From contig DATNMH010000052.1 in assembly GCA_035602395.1 (NCBI GenBank), positions 2,829-66,828 on the forward strand: DNA of 64,000 nucleotides. Direction: 5' to 3'. This stretch comes from Candidatus Acidiferrum sp. (lineage in GTDB: Bacteria; Chloroflexota; Dormibacteria; CF-121). Shown piece by piece: positions 63,590 through 64,000 of this stretch. Both the position numbers and the translations under genes were made by a program. The notes beneath the pieces were generated by a model. The model was given only the letters and a program-made list of their open reading frames with translations, did not search any database and had not been told where the DNA came from. The stretch's first letter is position 1. Each line of letters opens with the position of its first letter.

Positions 63590-64000
63590 CGACGCCACCA
63601 GAAACCGATCTTCGGATTGGTCTGGTCCGGAGCGCCCATGGCGTCAAGGGTGCGGTGCGAGTTGAGCTCCTGACCGACTTTCCCGATCGGTTCACGCCGG
63701 GCCACGAGGTGACTGTCGGCGGCCGGCGCCTGCGCGTTGGTCGCTCCCGCGAACAGCCCGATGGGCTGCTGGTCACGTTCGAGGGCATCGACGATCGCAA
63801 CAACGCGGAGGAGCTCGTCGGCGCCTACTGCACCGTCCCGCTTGAGGAGGCGCGCGCATTACCCGCCGATCGTTACTACCACTTCCAACTCGTGGGTCTG
63901 CGAGTGTTCGACACGCGTAGTGCTCGTGAGCTGGGCCAGGTCGCGGAGGTGCTGACCTACCCGGCGAACGACGTGCTCCGCGTGACGAACGGAACGAACG
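63586..64000 (+). CDS. rimM: 16S rRNA processing protein RimM (partial, runs off the right edge)
   Basis: TTG 63586. RIGLVRSAHGVKGAVRVELLTDFPDRF...YYHFQLVGL. Confidence 0.88.
   Translation, partial: MTTPPETDLRIGLVRSAHGVKGAVRVELLTDFPDRFTPGHEVTVGGRRLRVGRSREQPDGLLVTFEGIDDRNNAEELVGAYCTVPLEEARALPADRYYHFQLVGLRVFDTRSARELGQVAEVLTYPANDVLRVTNGTN

Overview
High-GC (roughly two-thirds G+C by eye), densely coding bacterial chromosomal window. It has about 80 protein genes and one tRNA-Leu(GAG). I found no rRNA, CRISPR array, transposase or integrase.

The right half (41.3-64 kb) is a conserved Firmicutes/Terrabacteria-style core array: rpmB, asp23, yloV, degV, recG, rsmD, coaD, rpmF, fabD-fabG-acpP, rnc, smc, ftsY, ylxM-ffh, rpsP, KH, rimM. 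A molybdate-uptake operon interrupts it between rnc and smc, and a compositionally odd beta-propeller lipoprotein gene sits before rpmF.

The left half is accessory and metabolic:
- an NAAAR/GNAT/M20 cluster and a stand-alone TrpB2
- general-stress genes and an arsM-arsR-arsC set
- a class E-like sortase and an HU-family protein
- a 9.9-kb phosphorelay operon

Main leads:
1. An NHL-repeat thioredoxin-fold gene is split only by an in-frame TGA at the first Cys of its CxxC motif (C-U-I-N-C). A hairpin lies about 20 nt downstream. This is a candidate new selenoprotein.
2. A six-gene, translationally coupled phosphorelay operon (22957-32893) has 3 kinase cores, 7 receiver-like domains (3 degenerate) and no output domain. 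It also encodes a CA-less coiled-coil/DHp/REC/REC protein and a small paralogous coiled-coil protein.
3. Several genes (fabD, rlmN, an OmpR regulator, possibly rnc and a small membrane ORF) have homology-defined N-termini with no ATG/GTG/TTG. Each has an in-frame ATC/ATA at the expected position, in two cases behind a Shine-Dalgarno (SD)-like sequence.
4. Two tandem paralogous 46/49-aa genes, missed by the 60-aa ORF cut-off, show a purifying-selection signature.

All functional calls come from reading the translations by eye. No database search was run.
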